NCBI GenBank assembly: GCA_964440095.1
Contig: CAYTPZ010000003.1
Coordinates: 21,671-85,670 of the forward strand
Direction of reading: 5' to 3'
Source of the DNA: an uncultured bacterium
Lineage (GTDB): Bacteria > Krumholzibacteriota > Krumholzibacteriia > JACNKJ01
DNA length: 64,000 bases
The position numbers and the translations under genes were made by a program. A model generated the notes under the pieces. That model was not told the origin of the DNA. It made no database searches and saw only the letters and a program-made list of their open reading frames with translations. This document shows positions 24,393-32,726 of the stretch, piece after piece. Within the stretch, counting starts at the first letter, position 1. Each line of letters begins with the position of its first letter.

Positions 24393-25796
24393 TCAGGCCT
24401 GGGTTCGGCTTGCCGCCTCTTCACCCAGAAAGGACAGGGTCGCGGAAAAATGCCGCAGGAAAGGCGGCTGTTTGAGGATTTTCATCCCCCTTAGAGTATC
24501 TCTCTTCTCGTGTAACGCAATGATCGATTGCGCCACGTAGTTCATGTGCATGTTGGTATAGACTCGACGTGGAATGGCCAGTCGCACTAACTCCAGACGG
24601 GCTGTGCGGCTTTCTCCGGTCCTGGGATCGGCCCCTCCGAACATGAAGGTGCCAATTTCCACGCCTCGGATGCCCGACTCCACGTAAAGGTTCACGGCCA
24701 GGGACTGTCCCGGAAACTCCTCGGGTGGAATGTGGGGCAGAAATTCTCCGGCGTTCAGATAGATGGCATGGCCTCCCGGCGGTTCCAAAATGGACACGCC
24801 TGCCTCCACCAACTGTTCACCCAGCATCTCAACCTGGCCCACGCGGAACTTGAGATAGTCGGGTTCCAGCACTTCACGGAAGCCCCGGGCCATGGCCTCA
24901 AGGTCGCGGCCGGCCAGTCCCCCATAGGTGGGAAAACCCTCTACCAGGATGAGTAGGTTGCGAATACTCTCGGCCAGGGCGTCGTCACGAAGGGCCAGGA
25001 AGCCCCCCATGTTCACCAGGCCGTCCTTCTTGGCGCTCATGGTGCAACCGTCGCCGTAGGAGAACATTTCCTGAACGATCTCCAGGATGCTCTTGTCCCG
25101 ATAACCGGCCTCGCGCTGCTGGATGAACCAGGCATTCTCCGCAAAGCGAGCCGCATCGAAGATCATGGGCAGCCCATAGCGGTGACAGATCTCACCCACC
25201 CCACGAATATTGGCCATGGATACCGGCTGCCCACCACCGCTGTTGTTGGTAATGGTCATCATCACCACGGGGATTTTCTCCACACCCACTTCGGCGATGA
25301 GCTTCTCGAGCGCGTCCACGTCCATGTTGCCCTTGAAATCGGCAACCAGGTGAGGATCCTGACCTTCGGTGCAGAGCAGATCCACCGCTTCGGCCCCGTT
25401 CATTTCAACGTTGGCGCGGGTGGTGTCGAAGTGGCTGTTGTTGGGGATGACCAGGCCGGCTTCGGCGATGGTCTGGAAAAGCAGGTTTTCGGCCACTCGC
25501 CCCTGGTGGCAGGGAATGACGTTCTTGAATCCGAAGATGTCGTGGACGGTTTCCTCGAAATGGAAGTAGTTGCGGCCGCCCGCGTAGGATTCGTCGCCCA
25601 TCATGATACCGGCCCACTGGTTGTCGCTCATGGCGCTTGTACCGGAGTCGGTGAGCAGGTCTATGTAGATTTCCTCAGCATGCAGCTTGAAGAGATTGTA
25701 GCCGGAGCGCTCAATAGCCTTCTGCCTTGCCTCGCGCCCGATGACCTTGATGGGCTCCACCACTTTAATTTTGAAGGGCTCGACGTACTTTTCCAT
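24393..25796 (-). CDS. Beta-eliminating lyase of the tryptophanase / tyrosine phenol-lyase family
   Basis: N-terminal [10 protein letters not shown]...[42 protein letters not shown]. The PLP-lyase block resembles tyrosine phenol-lyase at least as much as TnaA. 467 aa. Confidence 0.85.
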   Translation of the reverse strand: MEKYVEPFKIKVVEPIKVIGREARQKAIERSGYNLFKLHAEEIYIDLLTDSGTSAMSDNQWAGIMMGDESYAGGRNYFHFEETVHDIFGFKNVIPCHQGRVAENLLFQTIAEAGLVIPNNSHFDTTRANVEMNGAEAVDLLCTEGQDPHLVADFKGNMDVDALEKLIAEVGVEKIPVVMMTITNNSGGGQPVSMANIRGVGEICHRYGLPMIFDAARFAENAWFIQQREAGYRDKSILEIVQEMFSYGDGCTMSAKKDGLVNMGGFLALRDDALAESIRNLLILVEGFPTYGGLAGRDLEAMARGFREVLEPDYLKFRVGQVEMLGEQLVEAGVSILEPPGGHAIYLNAGEFLPHIPPEEFPGQSLAVNLYVESGIRGVEIGTFMFGGADPRTGESRTARLELVRLAIPRRVYTNMHMNYVAQSIIALHEKRDTLRGMKILKQPPFLRHFSATLSFLGEEAASRTQA

Positions 25797-26011
25797 CCCT
25801 CACCTCGTTTGATCGCCGCAGCATTGCGACGATGATCCCGGGGAAACACGCACGGGCCTCAGGATATTGCCTCCGCGGTCATTCATCAACACCGCGGCCA
25901 TGCTTTTCACGAGATACTGGCAGAAAGAAAGGATTCGACCTCACAAAGGACGGCGCCCGGATTTCCGGACGCCGATTCTGCATGCCGAAATGCGGCCCTG
26001 GGCCGCGTTTC

Positions 26012-27616
26012 TCAGCGGATAATCACGAGACGGCCGTAGCTGTCATCCCCGGACTTGTTGTCGACGGTACGATAGATGTAGACCCCCGAGGCCACCTCTT
26101 CGCCCTTCTGATTCCGCGTGTCCCAGACGATGTTCCGTGTATCGGGATCCTTATTCTCGGCGGTAAAGATGAGATCGCCCGCGAGATTGTAGATCCTCAA
26201 AATGGAATCGTCGGTCAAACCGACAAAGCGCACCACATCACCGGGATAGTTGTGATAGTTGGGATCTTCCTGCGCGCTGCGTCCCGTTCTCAAAGGATTG
26301 GGCACCGCATAAACTGCGGGTGTGCGATCCAGATTCTCGGTGGCGGGGAAATCGAAACTGTAGCGCAAGGCGACGGTATCGAGCATGTCCGGGGGCGTGC
26401 TGTCCAGGATGTAGTGAGCGTGGCCACCATTGTTGGGCCTGTAACCACGATCATAGGTTGTGATGGCGTAGTCGTAGAAGAAACCGTTGTGCACATCGTA
26501 ATCAAGGAAGACGCGCTTGTCGGTGTTGGCGAAGATGGGTGTGAGGGTTTCCCACTCGTAGATGATGTCCAGGGTGACGGGATCCTTCTCGTACTCGATC
26601 CACCACCAGTAGAACTTGTCCAATTCTTCGTTCTTGGACAATTCCCAGATATTCTGCCAGCTATCCTCGCCGTTGACGCGGCGCCAGATGTGGTAGCCCT
26701 CGAAATCTTCCACCACGAAATTGGAGAGGTAACCCACGGGAACGAGGCCATGGCCGAAGGAGGCGTAGAGGCCCAAATCCAACTCGAAGACACAGCTGAT
26801 GTTGCTGTCGACCATAACGACTTCGCCCGTTTCCAGACGGGTATAGCGGCACCAGAGTTCAATCACACCGGAGCGCAATGCATCGCCCGGGGCGAAACTG
26901 AATTCTGCATCGCCGGCCCAAGCCTCGGACCATGCAATTTCCGTATTGAGGGTAATGCTGTCTCCGGCGGCCAAGTTCAGGATGACACCCTGGCTGTCCC
27001 AGTCCAGGCTCCAGTCGTTGATGTCCCAGGCCATCTGCTCGGGATCGGTGGGACTGGGGACAGAACTGCCAATGAATCCGTGGCCCACGCGATACTCGAA
27101 ACGTATCACCTGATCGCGACGCCCTTCATAGTGACCGTAGATCACGGGCATGGAACTGACCAACACCGAGTCGCCAGGCACGGCGGGATCGTCCATCCAA
27201 CGGGCACCTGTTTGAACCTTGGGCGCGCGCACTATGGTTCCCGAACCTGGATTGTCCCAGCGGAAGGTGATCATCTTGTGTTGGCGCCAGCCGAAGGGCA
27301 GATAGTGGTGAGGTGGCTGCTGTTCGGTGATGTCGAAATCGGCCACCAGTCCGAAGAAGGCGAACTCCGATTCCAACTGATAGAACTGCGAGCCGATGGA
27401 ATCGAGATAGGTGCCTTCAGGGGGATAGAAGGACACCGCGTTCCAATCGACGTCGGGGAGATAAAGCGAATCTCCGTAGACGGCGAGAGGAGGAAATTCG
27501 GCGGGGTCGCAGATTTCGGCGAAGGAAGCCGTGCCCAAAGGGCCCAGCAGACCAAGCAACGCGGCCAGCAACAATGCAGCGTTTTTCCCGACAGTCTTGA
27601 AGATCATCCTCAACAA
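26012..27616 (-). CDS. Hypothetical secreted protein with T9SS-type C-terminal domain
   Basis: Signal peptide. C-terminal VPNPL...VRFVGL...RIYNLAGDLIFT...WDTRNQKGEEVASGVYIYR. No recognisable catalytic domain. Confidence 0.55.
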   Translation of the reverse strand: MLRMIFKTVGKNAALLLAALLGLLGPLGTASFAEICDPAEFPPLAVYGDSLYLPDVDWNAVSFYPPEGTYLDSIGSQFYQLESEFAFFGLVADFDITEQQPPHHYLPFGWRQHKMITFRWDNPGSGTIVRAPKVQTGARWMDDPAVPGDSVLVSSMPVIYGHYEGRRDQVIRFEYRVGHGFIGSSVPSPTDPEQMAWDINDWSLDWDSQGVILNLAAGDSITLNTEIAWSEAWAGDAEFSFAPGDALRSGVIELWCRYTRLETGEVVMVDSNISCVFELDLGLYASFGHGLVPVGYLSNFVVEDFEGYHIWRRVNGEDSWQNIWELSKNEELDKFYWWWIEYEKDPVTLDIIYEWETLTPIFANTDKRVFLDYDVHNGFFYDYAITTYDRGYRPNNGGHAHYILDSTPPDMLDTVALRYSFDFPATENLDRTPAVYAVPNPLRTGRSAQEDPNYHNYPGDVVRFVGLTDDSILRIYNLAGDLIFTAENKDPDTRNIVWDTRNQKGEEVASGVYIYRTVDNKSGDDSYGRLVIIR

Positions 27617-27710
27617 TCCCTTTCCCAGGATTAAAGCGACGGAGGGAGCACGGGTGGTTTCGGTCCCACTCCCGAATGGCCAGCGGCGCCCCTCCGTCCC
27701 GATATCGGCG

Positions 27711-30212
27711 CTAGTTCAGTTCCTTGGGCACTTCCAACATGTCCACAAGGATATGATCAATCAGCAACTTGGCGTCACCCCTGTCCAGATACCAGGGATG
27801 GAAGCCCAAGACCACGTTTTTGTGATCGGTGCCCGCGGGCATTCCCAACACCGCAATGTGGATGCCATGCTCCGGGCCGGCCGCGCCGCCCCAGAGTGAA
27901 TCGGCGCCGTAGATATCATCGTCGACGTCGTACTTCACCGACCAGAAGGCTTCCCGATACTGCTCTCCGCTAGGGGTGTATATATCGTTGTACCAGGTGG
28001 GCTCAGTTCCGAAACGAGTCTGATTATCGGCGACCACGTAGTTGAGCAGAGGTACAAACTCGTTGGTACGGAAGGCTGTTGGCGGATCCAAAAAGCGTCC
28101 GAACCAATCCCAGTTGTAGATTTCCGCATCGGGTATGCCGAAGAATCCGCCGCCGCCGAAAGGCTCCAGGATATCAGCACCGTACTCGAACCATTCCTGG
28201 ACGGCCTCGCTCATCCTGAGAGTTTCGGGCAGGGCATAAGTATTGGGGATGTCAATACCTTCCTGCAATTCGAGATAGGTGGTTTCGGCTCCCACCATAC
28301 CCCAACGCGTGTGATTCGTTTTGAAGGGAGCGGCCACCGCATCAAGCGGTTCGCGGGGATTACCCTCGACGGCATTCAAGAGAATGTCGATTCCAAATTG
28401 CTTGTAGGGCAGGTAGCGACGTACACCCACAGTACCATCACCGACCAGATATCCAAGATGGCGCATGTAGGAAATAGGCGTGCGGGAGCGGTTGATGTCG
28501 TTGGGCATGTCCCCGGCGCTGGGCATGGTCGTGTAGATGGGTGTGGAGCCCAAGATCAACATCTGCCCGCCTCTGTCCATGAAGGCGGAAACAAAATCGA
28601 AGGGAACTTCATTGGAGAACCAGGGATCCACGAAGCGGGAGATGCGGTAGAGACCTGCATCGCGCGGAGTGCGTGCCGTTTCCCAGAGGATGTGCTGGTA
28701 GCTCGCTACCAGTTCAAAGGGAGGGCTACTGATGAGAGAGCTTACACGGAAGAAGTCGGCATCGGGGTGCCAGGTTTCGTAATCGCCAAGCATCTCTTCC
28801 CAGAAAGCCTTCATATCTTCGTCGCTGCGAGCAATGTTACTGCTCCAGAATGCCGTTTCCTGACCCAGTGGATAGCCCTCGTCGAACTGATCGTTGTCGA
28901 AGTCGTCGATGAGCAGCAGGGTCTTCTCCATGGTGAAGGGAACCACCAGGAAGCGGAAAAGCATGGTCGTGATGTTGCCGGAATAGTCCTGACACTGAAT
29001 GTGCACCGAGTGGGTACCCGAAACGTAGGTACCTGTGGTGCTGACCGTGTTCAGCGACCAGTTGCTCCACTCCTCTTCGTTCTCCGTGTCTTCGATGTCC
29101 CAGCCGAAACGGTAGCCGGTGATCTTGCTCCCGTAGTGTCCGGCGTCTCCATCCCAGCTCAGACGCAGCGGCTGACCCTCACCGATGGGGAAGTCATAGG
29201 CGTTGAAACCCGATGACACCTTGAGGCCCAGAGTGGGCTCTTCCACATAGAGGCGCGGGTAGAGGCTGTCGGTGATGCGCAGACGCTTGAGGTTTTTTCC
29301 ATCCTGGAAGTGACTCGTGAGAGCCCCCGCCTCATCCTTGGCCTGAACCATGAACAGATAGAGGCCGGGATCCTGGGGACCCACGGGAGTCAGATTCTGG
29401 ACCAGGGCGCTCTTTCCACTGATTTGAAGGATGGAGTCGATGGGTTCGTCCCAACCGCGCCAACGCGACCAGGCGCTGTCGGGAATATCCAGAATGCTGC
29501 CCACACTGACATCGTGCTCGATGCCGAATTCACCCGAAGTGAAAATGGTCATGCGGGTGGAATCGGGTTCGATGACCTGGCTACCGCCGCCCACCGAATC
29601 ATTGCCGAGCCAGGTGAAGAAAATGTCCGGCGGCAGGTTTTCCCATCCACCTGGAGTACCCGTATCGGAGGGATGATCGATTCGCACAGACGGCGCGATA
29701 GTCGTGGCCGTGAAAGAGCGGTGGGCCGGAACGGGATCGGCCAAACCGAACTCATCCACTGCGCGCAGGAAGAAAGTGTGCTGTCCAAAGAACAGGAAAC
29801 GCCCATCTTCATCACCATAGAAGTACTCCCATTCCGCGGGATTGGCAGAATCGGGGAACTGGGAAGCTTCCACCACAAATGTACTGTCGGTGGAATAGAT
29901 GGAATCAACCCACTCATAACCTAAGGATTCGAGGGTCTCACTGATATTCTCGTCGATGACGAGGGAACCCGTCTCCCAGTCGTTGGTGATGAGGTACTGG
30001 TAACTGGCCACCTCACCATCGGGGTCATAGCCATTCCAATAGAAGTGCACCCTGTAACTGGTATTGGTAATTCCCTCGGGGGGGCCACTGGAAAGCCAGG
30101 TATTGGGAGCCAAGTTGATATGACGCTCCCCACCATAACCGCCGTCACCACAGCCGAAGACAGCCAGCAGCGGCAGCACAAGTAGTGCGATGTTTATCAA
30201 TGTTCGTTTCAT
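27711..30212 (-). CDS. Hypothetical giant lipoprotein (833 aa), paralogue of the next gene
   Basis: Lipobox LLAVFGCGDGG. N-terminal block NTWLSSGPPEGITNTSYRVHFYWNGYDPDGEVASYQYLI is shared with the 708-aa neighbour. Confidence 0.55.
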   Translation of the reverse strand: MKRTLINIALLVLPLLAVFGCGDGGYGGERHINLAPNTWLSSGPPEGITNTSYRVHFYWNGYDPDGEVASYQYLITNDWETGSLVIDENISETLESLGYEWVDSIYSTDSTFVVEASQFPDSANPAEWEYFYGDEDGRFLFFGQHTFFLRAVDEFGLADPVPAHRSFTATTIAPSVRIDHPSDTGTPGGWENLPPDIFFTWLGNDSVGGGSQVIEPDSTRMTIFTSGEFGIEHDVSVGSILDIPDSAWSRWRGWDEPIDSILQISGKSALVQNLTPVGPQDPGLYLFMVQAKDEAGALTSHFQDGKNLKRLRITDSLYPRLYVEEPTLGLKVSSGFNAYDFPIGEGQPLRLSWDGDAGHYGSKITGYRFGWDIEDTENEEEWSNWSLNTVSTTGTYVSGTHSVHIQCQDYSGNITTMLFRFLVVPFTMEKTLLLIDDFDNDQFDEGYPLGQETAFWSSNIARSDEDMKAFWEEMLGDYETWHPDADFFRVSSLISSPPFELVASYQHILWETARTPRDAGLYRISRFVDPWFSNEVPFDFVSAFMDRGGQMLILGSTPIYTTMPSAGDMPNDINRSRTPISYMRHLGYLVGDGTVGVRRYLPYKQFGIDILLNAVEGNPREPLDAVAAPFKTNHTRWGMVGAETTYLELQEGIDIPNTYALPETLRMSEAVQEWFEYGADILEPFGGGGFFGIPDAEIYNWDWFGRFLDPPTAFRTNEFVPLLNYVVADNQTRFGTEPTWYNDIYTPSGEQYREAFWSVKYDVDDDIYGADSLWGGAAGPEHGIHIAVLGMPAGTDHKNVVLGFHPWYLDRGDAKLLIDHILVDMLEVPKELN

Positions 30213-30262
30213 GACTAACCCGTCTTTCCTGGGGCGTAAGGTCTCAGCGTGGGGCCATCGGA

Positions 30263-32389
30263 TTACGGTTCAATGTTCTTGTACTGTATGTCGATGTTCA
30301 CAGCTGCCCTTCCACTCGCTCGCCCCTTGGAACCCATGGGCTGGGCGCCTTGCTGCCCGGTCTCAATGAGTTCGATAAGGTTCTCAAATGGGTAGGTGTT
30401 CCGGAAGATCGCGGAAATTTCCTTTTCGCCAAGCCAGATGGGAGTCTCTTCCGACTGGATGTTTCCATCCTGGGCCACCGTGAAAATAGTATCCATCACG
30501 GCGAAGTTGATGTCGAAATAGTTGTCGTATGGATCGTCATCAGCGGCCATGTACTGCCAGGACTTGATGTAGCCACCCTCATCGATATCGAAGAAATCGT
30601 CCTCGGTAAACTGGACGCCGTTGTTTTCGAAATCGGTGTCGAAGAGATCCCAGTAGATTCCCGCCAGCTTGGCCGACTCACCATTGAGAATGTTGTCGTG
30701 GCCATAGACTCGGAAGGTGACCTGGTAGCGACCGAGAAGTGGCTCGGGCAAGGTGCCGTCGAGAGAAATTGGCTGGAAGGTGGCGGTGTTGCTTGCTTCG
30801 TCCCAAGTTAGCAACTGAGAAGCATCAGGAGCTGTCGGGTAGAACTTTCCACCAATGTTGATATGGGCGGTCTCACCCTCAGGCAGATCGCTGAGGTTCA
30901 CACGCACAGTGCTACTGTCAGGAGTGCCATCACTGCGGAGGCCCTTAGAAAACAGCACGATGCTATCCACCGCAGGCGCATAACCACCCTGAAATTCCAG
31001 TGTCATGGGCGTTCCATCCACGCGACCGAAGTGGTCCATGGAGAAGCCCTTCACCACGTAGTCCATGGGGCCTAGGTTCATCTCGAACTGCCAGCCCGAT
31101 TCGCCGAAATACCCAAGGCCCAGGTTTTCCTGCTGTCCTTCTCTTCCACCGGGAGGATATCGACCGGTGGACGATCCCTGGTTGTAGGAATCGGGATGAT
31201 CCACTTCGATGAGATTCAGGTTTTTGATAACCCAGTTGTAGGCAAGCTGGAAGGCTGAGTTGATATCGCCGCCGCTGGCCACCAAAGGATCATCGTAGTC
31301 CCAGCCCTGAAGATGAACCTGTAGGCGAACATCCTGTCCCCAGGGAACAGGTTCGGAGAGTCTATAATGGAAGCCGGGGACGCCGGTGTCCACGCGCTCA
31401 ACTTCCGGATACAAGGTGTCCGGCAAACCCGCGTAGGTCGTATAGGTGAGTACGACGGGCAAATCTTCCCGCAAACGAGTATCGGGATCGCGGTTGAGAA
31501 TGGGAACGATGACACCCTTAAGGTTGGCCATGTTCGTGCTGACCGCAGACTCCACACCGGCCTGATCGATGCACTTGGCCTTCACACGGAAGATACCGTC
31601 GTCATAGAAGCTGATCATGTCGGCATTGTCGCCCAGGATATCGTTGGGAAAATCCAGACGCACAGTATCCAATTCCGCCAGCTCGGGATCCTGATAAGTC
31701 CAGCCGGTCTGGCCATTCACCAGGGGGAACCAGACTGTGCCACCACCGGAGTTCCACTGATAACCTTTGACGAAGCCATTTTCGGTCTCGCCGGTGAATG
31801 CGCAGGCAAAGGCCTGACCGGCATCCAAGGTTTCAGGCGCTGACCCCACCCACTCGACCTCTGGATCGAGCCCGCCACCGGGCTCTTCGGACCACTGGAT
31901 GGACGGCCGCCGTTCAACGCTAGTGTTGAAGTAGAGCCGGGCTGGTACGGGATCGCGACGACCCTGATCATCAACGGCCGTAACACTGAAGGTGAGGTCG
32001 CGGCTCATGCCGCCGTTCTCATTCGCCTGCAACACGAATATGGAATCCGTCCGCGTCGTCAGATGCGTCGCGTCGAAATCGCCCTCGCGCAGGATCCTGT
32101 CGTCGGCATTGGATTCGGGATTCCACGCCTCGTACCAAGCGTCTGAGGAATCGCTCCAAGCCCACAGGAAGTAAGCGATCTCACCGTCGATATCTTCGCC
32201 ATGCCAATGTACATGCACATTGTAGCTATCGAAGATGGACTCCACGGGAGCGGAGGTAATGTAGGTCTCTGGTGGGTTATTCCGGTCAAAGAGCTCAGGC
32301 AATTCCTTACGACAACCCATACCCGCGATTAGGGCAAGGATGACAAGAAAGAGCAGTGAGCTTCCCCACCGGGAGCGGCGCCCAAACAT
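30263..32389 (-). CDS. Hypothetical giant lipoprotein (708 aa), paralogue of the previous gene
   Basis: Lipobox LIAGMGCRKE. N-terminal block PETYITSAPVESIFDSYNVHVHWHGEDIDGEIAYFLWAW aligns with the 833-aa protein. Confidence 0.55.
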   Translation of the reverse strand: MFGRRSRWGSSLLFLVILALIAGMGCRKELPELFDRNNPPETYITSAPVESIFDSYNVHVHWHGEDIDGEIAYFLWAWSDSSDAWYEAWNPESNADDRILREGDFDATHLTTRTDSIFVLQANENGGMSRDLTFSVTAVDDQGRRDPVPARLYFNTSVERRPSIQWSEEPGGGLDPEVEWVGSAPETLDAGQAFACAFTGETENGFVKGYQWNSGGGTVWFPLVNGQTGWTYQDPELAELDTVRLDFPNDILGDNADMISFYDDGIFRVKAKCIDQAGVESAVSTNMANLKGVIVPILNRDPDTRLREDLPVVLTYTTYAGLPDTLYPEVERVDTGVPGFHYRLSEPVPWGQDVRLQVHLQGWDYDDPLVASGGDINSAFQLAYNWVIKNLNLIEVDHPDSYNQGSSTGRYPPGGREGQQENLGLGYFGESGWQFEMNLGPMDYVVKGFSMDHFGRVDGTPMTLEFQGGYAPAVDSIVLFSKGLRSDGTPDSSTVRVNLSDLPEGETAHINIGGKFYPTAPDASQLLTWDEASNTATFQPISLDGTLPEPLLGRYQVTFRVYGHDNILNGESAKLAGIYWDLFDTDFENNGVQFTEDDFFDIDEGGYIKSWQYMAADDDPYDNYFDINFAVMDTIFTVAQDGNIQSEETPIWLGEKEISAIFRNTYPFENLIELIETGQQGAQPMGSKGRASGRAAVNIDIQYKNIEP

Positions 32390-32500
32390 ACGGATGCTTC
32401 CTCCTTCAGCAATCGAAGGGAAACAAGTGGAGCGTGACAGGCGGACAAAACGAGCGAAGCGGCTGTAATATAGGCAATTGCCCGCGCTTAAGTCAACCCA

Positions 32501-32565
32501 ATCCGCTATCCGCTTACCGCTTACCGCTGGCCGCTATCCGCTGGCCGCTATCCGCTGGCCGCCAA
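32501..32565. repeat. Tandem heptanucleotide array (CCGCTNN) x9
   Basis: atCCGCTatCCGCTtaCCGCTtaCCGCTggCCGCTatCCGCTggCCGCTatCCGCTggCCGCC, ~115-180 bp upstream of the 708-aa lipoprotein start. A partial inverted copy (AGCGGat AGCGGtc GGCGGgt) lies at ~32648-32670. Confidence 0.8.
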
Positions 32566-32672
32566 GGGGGCTGAAACCTCAGATTAGTCCAATATTCGGG
32601 AGTATTCGGACCTGATTGACTAGCCCGAAAGGGTGATTCTGGCTGTCAGCGGATAGCGGTCGGCGGGTAGCT

Positions 32673-32705
32673 GAAAAAACCCTCCCCCCCGAAGGGAGGA
32701 GGGCG
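32673..32705 (-). terminator. Rho-independent terminator downstream of the 1056-aa cargo gene
   Basis: Minus strand reads ccctcctcccttcgggggggaggg followed by TTTTTT, ~25 nt after the stop at 32727. Confidence 0.65.
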
Positions 32706-32726
32706 ATGATTCCCAAAAGGAAATCC

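Noticed and set aside
25832-27634. 600-aa plus-strand ORF, and similar long plus-strand ORFs (4411..5886, 7699..8619, 22934..24475, 10770..11957, 12616..13572)
   Set aside because: All lie antisense to well-supported minus-strand genes with clear homology (PPDK, C25 peptidase, BNR protein and others). Their translations are low-complexity and Arg/Gly/His-rich, as expected for stop-codon-poor antisense frames at 65% GC. No motifs are present.
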